Below, piece by piece: positions 25,976-37,800 of a stretch of DNA of 64,000 nt; the stretch's first letter is position 1, and each line of letters opens with the position of its first letter. Below the pieces are notes generated by a model. That model saw only the letters and a list, made by a program, of their open reading frames with translations. It had not been told where the DNA came from and did no database searches. The stretch is from Tubiluchus corallicola (taxonomy: Eukaryota > Animalia > Priapulida), in assembly GCA_030141605.1 (NCBI GenBank), contig JAQGDQ010000215.1:310314-374313 (forward strand). The letters are read 5' to 3'. The translations under genes were made by a program, and so were the position numbers.

Positions 25976-28973
25976 TCTGTTATGATATACATTTCGTCAT
26001 CAGCTGTTGCGATGGTATCTTCATCGGCACTTTATTAAAATCAGCAATCTCTTTGCGTATCATTTGGTATCACTTACGTCAAATTAGGCCTAAACTTAAT
26101 TATGAAATTACGAAAATGATGCGTGTTTTTCAGTGTTTACAGTAAAATAATGGTGGTAAATTGGGACCCATTACCTGCCACAGAAGCTGTATTAATCACG
26201 ACGCCGCCATGTTCTTTCATGTGTTCATATGCAAGGTAAGTGCCTGTTATTACCGAAGTCTGAAAACAATAAAATTGCTGATTAGTAAATATTCACGTCA
26301 CTTGATCTGCTTCCTACTCTGGGCGCATTCTAGTTTTATTATAGAAATTAACTGTCTGAAAATAACTCATGTGCCATTTTTTCACGTGCCGTTTTTACCT
26401 TCTTTTCCATTCGTGTCATTTTTTTCTGTGCCATTCTTCCTGTGATATTTATACGGGGTCATTTTTTATGTGCCATTTTTACTGCCAATTTTTTCCTATG
26501 CCATTTTTACCTGTGCCATTTTTACCTTCTTTTCCATTCGTGTCATTTTTTCCTGTGCCATTTTTCCTGTGATATTTATACGGGGCAATTTTTTCATGTG
26601 CCATTTTTTCTGCCAATTTTTACCTGTGCCATTTTTACCTTCTTTTCCATTCGTGTCAATTTTTTCATGTGCCATTTTTCCTGTGATATTTATACGGGGC
26701 CATTTTTACCTGTGCCATTTGTACCGTGCACCGGTTCATATATGTCCGGTTAAACATTCGTTGAAAGTTTTTTTGCAGCAGCTTCGTATTTACCACGATA
26801 TTAATTCTTTTAAACGCTGTTGTTCTAATTTCAAAATTCTAGTATTTCTACCTCTCTTGTTTTCTAGCTGCAAGCCAGTCTTACTAGTAAGTCATTATAA
26901 GACGCTCGTTTTTGACAGACAGTTAATCTTATCAGTTTGCGACGCAATAATGGTAAACAATGGTACAATGGTCAGCTACAATGGTAAACAATGGACAATG
27001 GTCAGCTACAATGGTACAATGGTCAGCTACAACGGTAAACAATGGTACAATGGTCAGCTACAACGGTAAACAATGGTACAAAGGTCAGTTACAATGGTAA
27101 ACAATGGTACAAAGGTCAGTTACAATGGTAAAAAATGAACCAATAGATAAGTCTAGACTTCTATGAAAATAATGTTCATAGCGACTGAAGAAAAGACAAA
27201 AAGACGCACCAGGTTAATATCAATCATTCGTTTGTAATCTATTTCGTCTGCAATTCCAGCTGTGCACGAAACGATATCCAATCTACCAAACACTTCAAGT
27301 GTTCTTTGAAAAGCAGCTTTTAGTTCTGATTCATTGGTTACGTCGGTTTTGATGAATGTGGCTCTTCCTGTGCCAAATCTTGTGCAAAGTTGTGAGGCTG
27401 CTTCCTCACCCACATCATCTTTAACATCAACTATAGCAACACCCTGAAACAAACATCGTTCTATGTAACTGTTACAACAGTGTTTTCCAACTATTAAACG
27501 TAGGTGTTTTACATACCATATTATGTTGTTTTATGGTATGCTGTGTTACCTCCGCTCTGTTCTGCTCTGCTCTGCTTCTGTTCTGTTCTATTCTGCTTTG
27601 CTTCTGTTCTATTCAGCTCTGTTCGTCTTTGCTTCTGTTCTGTTCTGCTCTGCTCTGCTCTGCTCTGCTCTGCCCTGCTTCTGTTCTGTTCTATTCTGCT
27701 CTGCTTCTGTTCTGTTCTGCTCTGCTGTACTCTGCTCTGTTTTGTTCTGTTCTGTTCTGTTCTGTTCTGCTCTGCTCTGCTCTGCTCTGCTCTGCTCTGC
27801 TCTGCTCTGCTCTGCTCTGCTCTGCTCTGCTCTGCTCTGCTCTGCTTCACTTCTGTTCTATTCTGCTCTGTTCTGCTTTGCTTCTGTTCTGTTCTGCTCT
27901 GCTGTACTCTGCTCTGCTTTGTTCTGCTCTGTTCTGCTCTGTTTCTCTTCTGTTCTATTCTGCTCTGCTCTGCTCTGCTCTGTTCTGCTCTGTTTCTGTT
28001 CTGTTCTGTTCTGTTCTGTTCTGTTCTGTTCTGTTCTGTTCTGTTCTATTCTGCTCTGCTCTGCTCTGCTCTGCTCTGTCTGCTCTGCTTCTCTTCTGTT
28101 CTATTCTGCTCTGTTCTGCTTTGCTTCTGTTCTGTTCTGCTCTGCTCTGCTGTACTCTGCTCTGCTTTGTTCTGCTCTGCTCTGTTCTGCTCTGCTTCTC
28201 TTCTGTTCTCTTCTGCTCTGCTCTGTTCTGCTCTGTTTCTCTTCTGTTCTATTCGGCCCTGCTCTGCTGTGCTGTGCTGTGCTCTGTTCTGCTCTGCTCT
28301 GCTCTGTCCTACTCTACTCCGCTCTGCTATACTCTGCTGTACTCTGCTCTGTTTCTCTTCGGTTCTGCTCTGCTCTGTTGTGCTCTGTTTCTCTTCTGTT
28401 CTATTCGGCTCTGCTCTGCTCTGCTGTACTCTGCTCTGCTCTGCTCTGCTGTACTCTGCTCTGCTCTGCTCTGCTGTACTCTGCTCTGCTGTACTCTGCT
28501 CTGCTCTGCTCTGCTCTGCTGTACTCTGCTCTGCTCTGCTCTGCTCTGTTCTGCTCTGTTTCTCTTCTGTTCTATTCGGCTCTGCTCTGCTCTGCTCTGC
28601 TCTGCTCTGCTCTGCTCTTCTCTGCTCTGCTCTGCTCTGCTCTGCTCTGCTCTGCTCTGCTCTGCTCTGCTCTGCTCTGCTCTGCTCTGCTCTGCTCTGC
28701 TCTGCTCTGCTCTGCTCTGCTCTGCTCTGCTCTGTCCTATCCTGTCCTGTCCTGTTGCACATGAAGCAGTTTATTAACAAAACTGGTAATCTACAGATAA
28801 TGAAAGGTAAAGTCCAATCAACTCTGTCTGCAAGAACTATAAGCAGTATAATTATGTAGTTTAATAGTAAGTGATCTCACCTTTGCTTCTTTTTCCAGCA
28901 ATGCCTCACAGTATGCTCTTCCGATACCACGAGCGCCACCTGTAATCAGTGCCACTTTACCGTCGATCTTCAT
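22153..28973 (-). CDS. HPGD: 15-hydroxyprostaglandin dehydrogenase-like classical SDR, 6 coding exons, 257 aa
   Basis: Exons (minus): 28973-28881 ([31 protein letters not shown]), 27443-27210, 26259-26175 ([21 protein letters not shown]), 25434-25352 ([11 protein letters not shown]), 24504-24353 ([14 protein letters not shown]), 22279-22153 (stop TAA). All introns GT-AG, phases consistent, 774 nt total. TGxxxGIG and S-YxxxK motifs intact. Symbol denotes family, not proven orthology. Confidence 0.92.
22948..23497. repeat. Tandem repeat, 62-bp unit, about 9 copies
   Basis: Unit GCGTCCGCACAGACACGGACTTTTCTGTCTGCACGTTTTACGTCCGCAAAGTTGTTTCCATT. Confidence 0.96.
23597..24138. repeat. Tandem repeat, 30-bp unit, about 18 copies
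   Basis: Unit TGGCTTTTCGTGTGCATCCGTGCGTGTACG. Confidence 0.96.
24575..25102 (+). mobile_element. 5'-truncated LINE (CR1/L2/Crack group) 3' end, antisense within an HPGD-like intron
   Basis: Translation FLMYKYVNN...YSYQTRQ...[28 protein letters not shown]...FKK is the typical ORF2 C-terminus, followed by an AT-rich 3' UTR ending AATAAATAAAAAA. Confidence 0.8.
25472..25542. repeat. (CAT)n microsatellite
   Basis: Direct reading. Confidence 0.96.
25826..25973. repeat. (AT)n microsatellite, interrupted
   Basis: Direct reading. Confidence 0.95.
26368..26732. repeat. Hierarchical repeat of GTGCCATTTTT motifs (about 120-bp higher-order unit x3); probably the subterminal region of a non-autonomous transposon
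   Basis: CTGTGATATTTATACGGGG recurs at about 26440, 26567 and 26681, with many GTGCCATTTTT motifs between. Confidence 0.75.
26946..27132. repeat. Minisatellite built from ACAATGGTA / AATGGTCAGCT subunits (about 30-bp unit)
   Basis: Direct reading. Confidence 0.88.
27555..28752. repeat. 1.2-kb (CTCTG/TTCTG)n pentanucleotide satellite in HPGD-like intron 1
   Basis: Direct reading; it produces the spurious CSALL / AEQSR ORFs. Confidence 0.97.
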
Positions 28974-29629
28974 CGTTTATTGCCCTAAAAACTCTGAAAA
29001 TTAAGTGTGTTGAAAAATTGTCTTTTGAGCTTTTAATACCTAATGCGCGTAGCCGTGCAAACAGGTTGTCTTCTTCAACATCTGCTCTTATGTATTCTTT
29101 ATGTTCTTGTTTAAACATGACATAATTCTTTTTAAAGCAACACGAGTGTAGAGTTATCTTTTAAATGCTAAAGGTCACCTCACAGTAATGAGTACTAGGT
29201 GACATGTTCAATTGTTCATGCATATTTCATAGTTGGAGTAGATGCGTGGTTCGTTTCACGGAAGAGGGGAGTTGAACGTCCTGCGAAAAAAACAATGACA
29301 GACAATTAACTGATTGCTAGAAAAAATATTATGCATGTATTGTATTCGCGTTGAAAGGAATTTTTGTTTGTTTTTATTTTAAATCTCAGGCAATATTGTT
29401 CCGACGCCGCCATTACATGACGTCACTACGCAAACATAAATCAGGGGAAGAAAAGGCAATGTTAAATTATGTGCTGAAAAACTTTCCACGCAAATCTATA
29501 TTGTTTAGCATTTCACTTACCTATTGGAAAGACTTATGTAACTAGAAATAATAATTTCAAATGTTTGTGTCAATTGGTAAAATGTTGCTGACTCACCCTC
29601 CAGGGTGCGACCCTCACAAACCAAAAACG

Positions 29630-29876
29630 TATTTTTAATCTTATTGACAAGATGCAGTAATTTCAAATTTCATTTAATCAGTGACATGTGCGCTACGGAT
29701 GCTCTGATTATTTTTTCAAAGTTTATACAATCTTATCTAAACTTGCTTCAAATGTATTATCGTCAAAATGGCTGCGTCCAACGGTTTTATACAGCGTTAC
29801 TGCCAACGCAAGTCTAATATGCACAAAGACAGTATGTAAGTGGTATAAAATTTCAAGACGAATTTTTTAAGCTTTA
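29630..29876. repeat. Dispersed repeat, copy 1 (second copy 62695-62960)
   Basis: Shared blocks TTTTTAATCTTATTGACAAGAT, TGATTATTTTTTCAAA, TTATCTAAACTT, TTTTATACAGC.TTACTGC and TCAAGA.GAATT. Confidence 0.75.
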
Positions 29877-30587
29877 TGTAAGTGGAGTGTTTTCTTGTGG
29901 TTTTAAGTGGTAATACACAAAATTCGACATTCTGTTTGCAAGGCATTAAATAACAGGTCTTAGTTAAAAAGTCGATGCTTGTGGCGTAATCGGCACCTAG
30001 CTGATTATCAGGGCTTTGGCTCTACTAACTTCTAGTATGTCTTCTTTGTTATAGTCATCTTCTTTTTCTTCTTCTTTTACAGATGAGACGTGACATTTCA
30101 GCACAATATTTCGTCTAGTAAGCCTACTATGGTTTGTTATCAATATCAACAGCTTCAGCAACAACACTGACTCCACTATCGTTCAACAGCTCAGGTAACT
30201 CATACCTTTATCTTTCTTCGAACTTGCAAGTTTCCCGTCAAATCAAAGTCAGATCATAATGCTCAAAATCAAGCCAATGTGTTAGGAAGTTCAGTGTTTA
30301 TAACTGCCTAGAATATATTGTATTTAAAAGCGTTTTGTTAATGGTGGTGTTCGTAAAATTTGTGAATAAAGAATATTCATATTGTTCTAAACGTGTTGTT
30401 GAAACGACAGATCGTGTTGTACGTGTAGTTCATGTCTCAAGCGACATTCAGTTTCCTGAAAAAAAGTAGCAGTCACCAGGTATTCATGTGATTGTGATGT
30501 TCATTGCATTGAAGGCGATGTCATTCTTGTACAGTAATGTTGTTGCCATCGCTCCTATTCCTACTAAAGTGGCAGTTCTGCTTAGGA

Positions 30588-30664
30588 GATGACGACAATG
30601 ATGATAATAATGATGATGATGATGGTGATGGTGATGATGATGATCGTGGAGGTAGTGGTGATAG

Positions 30665-30710
<46 letters not shown>

Positions 30711-30820
30711 GATGATGATGTTGATGATGATGACGATGTCGACGACGACGAGATGATGATGATGATGACGATGACAATGATGATGATGACGATGAGGAGG
30801 AGGAGGAGGAGGACGAGGAT
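30588..30820. repeat. (GAT)n degenerate trinucleotide repeat ending in (GAG)n
   Basis: Direct reading. Confidence 0.93.
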
Positions 30821-31377
30821 TATTATAACAATGATGCAAACGAATTTTTTGTACAGATTGATTTTCAGCAGCGTTGTACGGTAAATGCTATACGTAATGT
30901 AAATAATTATAGCAATACGAGAAATCGCCAGAGGATTCCCAAGTTTTGCAAGCAGTCGACCATCCAGTTCCTAGCCAGGTTTGGTGTTTTTTACTTTACG
31001 ACCAGGCAACCACCTCGAGAAAACTGGATGAAGTGAACACGTGAATTTTCAACCTTTGACCAATAATCTTGCAGCCAAGGAAATCTTGTTTAGTCTACAT
31101 ATCAATGTGAATAGTTAAAATAGTCAAACGAGCTCATTACCCTTTATCGTCACTGCCACTACTTGCATGGCTAATTTATTTACGTGATTAAATACATTCA
31201 GCAGTCGCAGATATTATAGTATGTAGACTTTCAGTACGAAGTCATGCCCTAGTGAAGGTAGTGACGTAGACCTGTTTTAAACTTTGTCCTCCAGGGGCGA
31301 TCAAGGCCTTGCTGTGCCGCTTGCATAGCTTAGGCATTTTAGTTACGTTTTAGATTTATACATATTCGTTTTGGACT

Positions 31378-32942
31378 TGATGTGCTCAGACATCTTGTGT
31401 TTTGGGTTTGCAAGTTTTAGTTGTGATCAAGCATCTTGTGTTTTAGGTTTGCAAGTCTTAATTGTGATCAAGCATCTTGTGTTTTAGGTTTGCGAGTCTT
31501 AATTGCGATCAAGCATCTTGTGTTTTAGGTTTGCAAGTCTTAATTGCGATCAAGCATCTTGTGTTTTAGATTTGCAAGTCTTAATTGTGATCAAGCATCT
31601 TCTGTTTTAGGTTGGCAAGTTTTCATTGTGATATCAAGCATCTTGTGTTTTAGGTTTGCAAGTCTTAATTGCGATCAAGCATCTTGTGTTTTAGGTTTGC
31701 GAGTCTTAATTGTGATCAAGCATCTTGTGTTTTAGGTTTGCGAGTCTTAATTGTGCTCAAGCATCTTGTGTTTTAGGTTTGCGAGTCTTAATTGTGATCA
31801 AGCATCATGTGTTTTAGGTTTGCGAGTCTTAATTGTGATCAAACAGCTTGTGTTTTAGGTTTGCGAGTCTTAATTGTGATCAAGCATCTTGTGTTTTAGG
31901 TTTGCGAGTCTTAATTGTCATGAAATATCTTGTGTTTTAGATTTGCAAGTCTTAATTGTGATCAAACATCTTCTGTTTTAGGTTTGCAAGTTTTCATTGT
32001 GATCAAGCATCCTGTGTTTTAGATTTGCAAGTCTTAATTGTGATCAAGCATCTTGTGTTTTAGGTTTGCAAGTCTTAATTGTGATCAAGCATCTTGTGTT
32101 TTAGGTTTGCGAGTCTTAATTGTGAACAAGCATCTTGTGTTTTAGGTTTGCAAGTCTTAATTGTGATCAAGCATCTTCTGTTTTAGGTTTGCAAGTCTTA
32201 ATTGTGCTCAATCATCTTGTGTTTTAGGTTTGCGAGTCTTAATTGTGATCAAACATCTTGTGTTTTAGGTTTGCGAGTCTTAATTGTGATCAAGCATCTT
32301 CTGTTTTAGGTTTGCGAGTCTTAATTGTGATCAAGCATCTTCTGTTTTAGGTTTGCGAGTCTTAATTGCGATCAAGCATCTTGTGTTTTAGGTTTGCAAG
32401 TCTTAGTTGTGATCAATCATCTTCTGTTTTAGGTTTGCGAGTCTTAATTGTGATCAAGCATCTTCTGTTTTAGGTTTGCGAGTCTTAATTGCGATCAAGC
32501 ATCTTCTGTTTTAGGTTTGCGAGTCTTAATTGCGATCAAGCATCTTGTGTTTTAGGTTTGCGAGTCGTAATTGTGATCAAACATCTTGTGTTTTAGATTT
32601 GCAAGTCTTAATTGCGATCAAGCATCTTGTGTTTTAGGTTTGCGAGTCGTAATTGTGATCAAACATCTTGTGTTTTAGGTTTGCAAGTTTTAATTGTGAT
32701 CAAACATCTTGTGTTTTAGGTTTGCAAGTCTTAATTGTGAACAAGCATCTTGTGTTTTAGGTTTGCGAGTCTTAATTGTGATCAAACATCTTGTGTTTTA
32801 GGTTTGCAAGTCTTAATTGTGATCAAACATCTTGTGTTTTAGGTTTGCAAGTCTTAATTGTGAACAAGCATCTTGTGCTTTAGGTTTGCAATTCTTAATT
32901 GTGATCAAACATCTTGTGTTTTAGGTTTGCAAGTCTTAATTG
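31378..32942. repeat. Minisatellite, 41-bp unit (GATCAAGCATCTTGTGTTTTAGGTTTGCAAGTCTTAATTGT), about 38 copies
   Basis: Period checked (GATCAA at 31425 and 31466). Confidence 0.97.
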
Positions 32943-32969
32943 CTTTTTTTGAACAGCAGTGAATTTGAA

Positions 32970-34849
32970 ATGGAATTACCAGAACTTTATAAATCAGCAA
33001 GTGATAGATTAGCGAGAGGGGGCGACGGCATCGTTCGGGAAATTTCAGTTTATGATGAACTCTTTCCCGCATATCAAAGAGGAGAAATGAAAATCAAGTC
33101 AAGTGACGTCATTGTTGTTTCGTATCCAAAGTCTGGTATGTAGATTTTTAACATGTGACGTCAATTTCTAGTAACCGCTCTTATTTAGAAGTGTAAATTA
33201 AATGTTTTAACAAGATTAGCTGATCTATTCCAGTCTATTTTCTTGTGTTGCGTCTAGTCATGTCCAATCTGGTCTTGTTAGATCTATTTTAATCTAATAC
33301 AATACTAGTCCTACATTCTAGTCAAACTGGTGTCAAATCAGCCAAGTTCAACCCACAAGAGCTGAGATAAGCATGAAACCATATCAATCTAAAGCAAGCT
33401 AAACCTAGCCAGGCCTTGCAAAGCAAAACAACAAGGACAAATCGTGTCAAGCTAAGGAAAGCAAAGTCAAGTCAAACAAGAACAAGCCAAGCTAGATCAA
33501 TCCAGTTAAACAAACAGTCAATCCAAGCCAAGCGAAATCAAGCCAAATTAACTAAGCTAAGCTAAGCCAAACAAAGGTAAGCTGCCAAGCAAATAACACC
33601 GCGAGAAAATAAGCAACTCAAACAAAACCAACCCTAGGATGCAAAGCTAAGCATGCCAGTCATGGTAATTATGCTAAATTAACCAAAGCAAACAACACTA
33701 AACCAAGATATGTCAACAAAAGCCATCGAAATCAGTCAAATTTTGCAGCATTTTTTCAAGGTTTTAATGTTTATAGTAGGTATAACATATGCATTGTTCA
33801 GAAGATTTTTTACACTTACAAGCCAATTACTTGAGCGATATACATTTTCACAGGTACAGTATGGATGACAAATATCGTTGGAAGAATTCTAAGTCGTGGT
33901 GATGTGGATACGTACAACAACTTAATGGCTGAACTCAATGTCACGGATATGTTATTCGGCATGACAGTCAAAGAAAAACTGCAAAAATTAAACTCTCCAT
34001 CCTCACACGCGAGAAGATTACTCGTGTCTCACAGCATACCGGAAGTTCTACCTCCAGGAATTTTCCAGGACAAATGTAGACCAAAGGTAAAAATTGCTGC
34101 TTTTGAATTTAGTTTAGATTTTGAGAAAAAGTGCGTGTTCGTTGAGTGCGAAGTGATAACAAAACGAAAACAATCACCTCTTCATCAAAATATTTTCCTT
34201 ACAGGTCATTTACGTGATGCGAAATCCAAAAGATGTGGCCGTTTCCGACTACCATTTTCACCGTTCATCAAGACTGCTTAAACAAGTTGCTATAGACATG
34301 AGTTTCAGTCAATTTTTGTCGTATTACATTAATGATGACCGTAAGCAACCTTCCACTTTATTTAATTGAATAAGATCTTATCGCAATAGATCAAACTAAT
34401 CGTGAAGAACCGAGCCAGGTTAAATCTAATTAATGCCAACTAATCAAACAAAGTCCAGCCAAGCAGAATCGAAACAGACTAATTTAAATAAAACTAAGCT
34501 TATCTAAACAGACCCAAACCAGCCTAATTCAAGTAAAATCCCTTCAAGCCAATTTAAATCAATCTATGAACAGAATCGGTCAAGTTTCAAGGATATCTTC
34601 AATAAAACACTCAAAAGCAACTACTTCAAACTGTATTCACTGTTAGTCTTGGTGGTGCTAAATTTTAGTCGCAAAATGCACAGTATGGCCACTCGGCCTT
34701 TCAACATATTGTAAATTATAACTAGTTTCATTACTGTTGTTGTTGTTGTCGTCATCACCAGACGTCGTCACCACTGTTGCAGTTGTTGCTGTCATTGTTG
34801 TCGTTCTGGTTGTTGTTGTTTTGTTGTTGTCGTCGTCACCACTGTTGCT

Positions 34850-34887
<38 letters not shown>

Positions 34888-37800
34888 GTCGTCGTCGTCG
34901 CTGCCACCATTGCTGTTGTTGTTGTTTTTCTTTTCTCATATCAATCACGAAATAAATATACTTGCAATAACTCATGTGGACTTAACCTAATATTTCTGCA
35001 CAGTTATAATGGGAGGATGGTTTGAGCACGTCAGTAAATGGTGGAAATATGCAGACGACGAAAATATTCTCTTTATTAAATACGAAGATGTTCTCAAGGC
35101 ACGTATAAAATAATAGTCATTTCTGCCATATTTGAATTTTATTGCAAAATGCTTGATTTAAAGCATTGCATAATTTGGAAATACTTTAAAAATTACTAAA
35201 TTAGGTTGTAATTATGTTACCTAATTGTAGTTAACTAGTAGACTTTACAGAAGTGGTAACCGGCTTCGTTTGGAGTCCTTTTTCTCCTTTTGAGAATTAT
35301 GAATTAAGGAATAAAGTTGAGAATTATGTAACTAATTAGCTGAGTTACCTAGGCCACGTCTCCCTATATGTTAATCCATGGCAAGTCTGATCCATGGTTA
35401 ATCTAAGTCAATGGTCTTTGTCAGCTCTAAACTGAGTGTTCTCCAAACACCTAATATCATACGTGTATAATTTTGACTAAATTATGTCAAGTTCGATTGT
35501 ATAAAGATGTGTTGGCATTACTGTTCTACGTAGCCTTGTTGTGTTTGTGGGAAAGAATGTCTATTCTTAACGTCTCGAATTGATTTTGTGTTATAATTTT
35601 TGACAAGGTTCAACCTAAAAATATTAATGTCACTGCTTAGGCCCATTTCACAGCGAGGACTCGTGAAGGAATTCTGCTGCCAGCTAGAAGCTATGCGTCC
35701 TCCTCGCGAGGAATTTTGTTGCACGGTCGAAATAATGTATGATGAGGAATCCTCGCGGAATTCAGTTTTATATTTAACCTTTTTGTTGTTTAACGAAGAA
35801 CAATTAACATATTTCAGCATAAAATTCCAAGATTTAATCTCTCTGTTAACATACTGACGATTTATTAATGCAACATCGATGACTATATTCGTGTAAAAGA
35901 TATATAACACACACATACATTCATTTTATACATGTATATTTTCAGATTTTGAAGTGGTTAGTAGAACTTTAAATGCTTTAAAGAAATAAACAGGTTTGGC
36001 ATTATATTGACTAACATTATTAATTGTACTTTGTATATGAGAAATACGACAAGTATAACTTAATTTAGACATGGTTAGGTTATACAGTATAAAACTAGCA
36101 AAGTAGCTCCAGCTAACAGGACGCGCGGAAAAAATCTCGCGGTTTCACTGTGAAATGAACTTTCTTATTGCACGGAATTTCGAGAAAAATCGGAAATCTT
36201 CTGGCAGCAGTTCGGTGCTTCGTTTTCCCTTGCGCCCTCAATGTGAAAGGGGCCTAAGAAACACATTTGCTGATGTAATTTTAATACAACTTTTCTTAAT
36301 ATAATTAAATACTACGGTCAAACAGATACGCGCGATGATGTAAAAAGGTATACCGTTTCATATTCCTTCACTAAATGCACGTAAAATTTTGTAATTTTTA
36401 TGAGGTAACTCCTTCCTGGTTTGCAGCACTGCTGAAAGATTATTTTCTAATTTGAAATTTTGCAGGAGCGCAAGAAACATGTCTGTCGTGTAGCAGAATT
36501 TCTAGATGTTAATCTAGCAGATCATGAAGCTGACGTCATCACAGAAGCTACAGGTTTTCAAGCCATGCGAAAATATGTTGATGATAATCTTGATTCAGCT
36601 ATGAAACGTATGTCTGCAGAAAATACAAACCCTGAAGATTTAACGCCTGATCCAAGCGTTTCACATTTCATCAGAAAAGGTATTTCATTGTTACTTAAAA
36701 AGATTTCTGCTTTTTAAGGGGCAATAAACTTTTTCGCAGTTTCGTTGTGCGCACGCGCAGTTGCTGTAGGTCAAAGATTAAGTGTACCACAGCAACGGGT
36801 CTTATTTACAACCGTCACATGACATGTGGGTAAAGCAAAGCCGTCTGCCGCATCAGTTCAGCAAACTTCATTTGTTTTACGTCGACTTCAGTTAGTTATG
36901 CATTAGTCTGTGCCTAGCGTGATTTACTAGCAGAACTTGCTTGGGAACAAGAAAAAAATGAACTAGGTAAGGTTCCAATTAAGTGTTAAAACGGTTACCA
37001 TTACAATAACACAGGCTGCGAGGCGTTGCCTGGTACACTTAACCTTTGACTTTTTCACGATCACCGTGAATCGCTGGAACTGTGAAAAGGCTTATTGGGA
37101 AACTGCGTGCCCAGTATCTAGTTCCTAAATTATACATGACGGGTAATAGCTATACGATTATGTTATTTTTCAAGTTTCTGAAGTTGGTATTGTTGTAGAA
37201 CATTATGAACGAGTTTGGAGGGTTATTCTATTACGAAATCTGAAAATTTTTGTGATGATTGCGATTATATATTATATAAGGACAGAACTGGATAAAATAG
37301 AAAATGTCAGCTCAAAATTATGTTAAGTTATCACTAATACACGGTGCATATTTTTAAAAAACATGAGGCCTATTTTCCCCGCCATTTCATCACCAGAATC
37401 AGATGGGTAATGTATTATTACAATTACCCATTGAAGATCAGATGATGTATTAATTGAAACCTTTTTATTACTGCGTGTATGGAAGATGCTCTTACATAGC
37501 TCATTACTGGTTTCTAATCGCCGACAGTTTATTTATAGAAATCCTTTTTCTGCTGCTTCTCATAACCTAGATGTCATAACCTAGATGTCATAACCTAGAT
37601 ATCATAACCTAGATGTCATAACCTCGATGTCATAATCTAGACATTCCTAGATGTAGAGCAACGGCTTATATTTTTCCTCGAGTTTTTTTTGTCCTCTCTT
37701 CCGTTTTTCTACCTTTTTGTCTTTCCCACCCTACAGCTTTTAACTACCAGGAAACAGGTTCTCTGAAAACTACAACTTCATTTGATTCTGGAAGAATGTT

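Noticed and set aside
27504-28859. 400-450 aa Cys/Leu-rich ORFs
   Set aside because: Translation of the (CTCTG)n satellite in the SDR intron.
30537-30884. Signal-peptide-like start followed by poly-Asp (acidic biomineral-protein-like ORF)
   Set aside because: Starts at a non-ATG codon and is explained by a (GAT)n microsatellite like the many others in this window.
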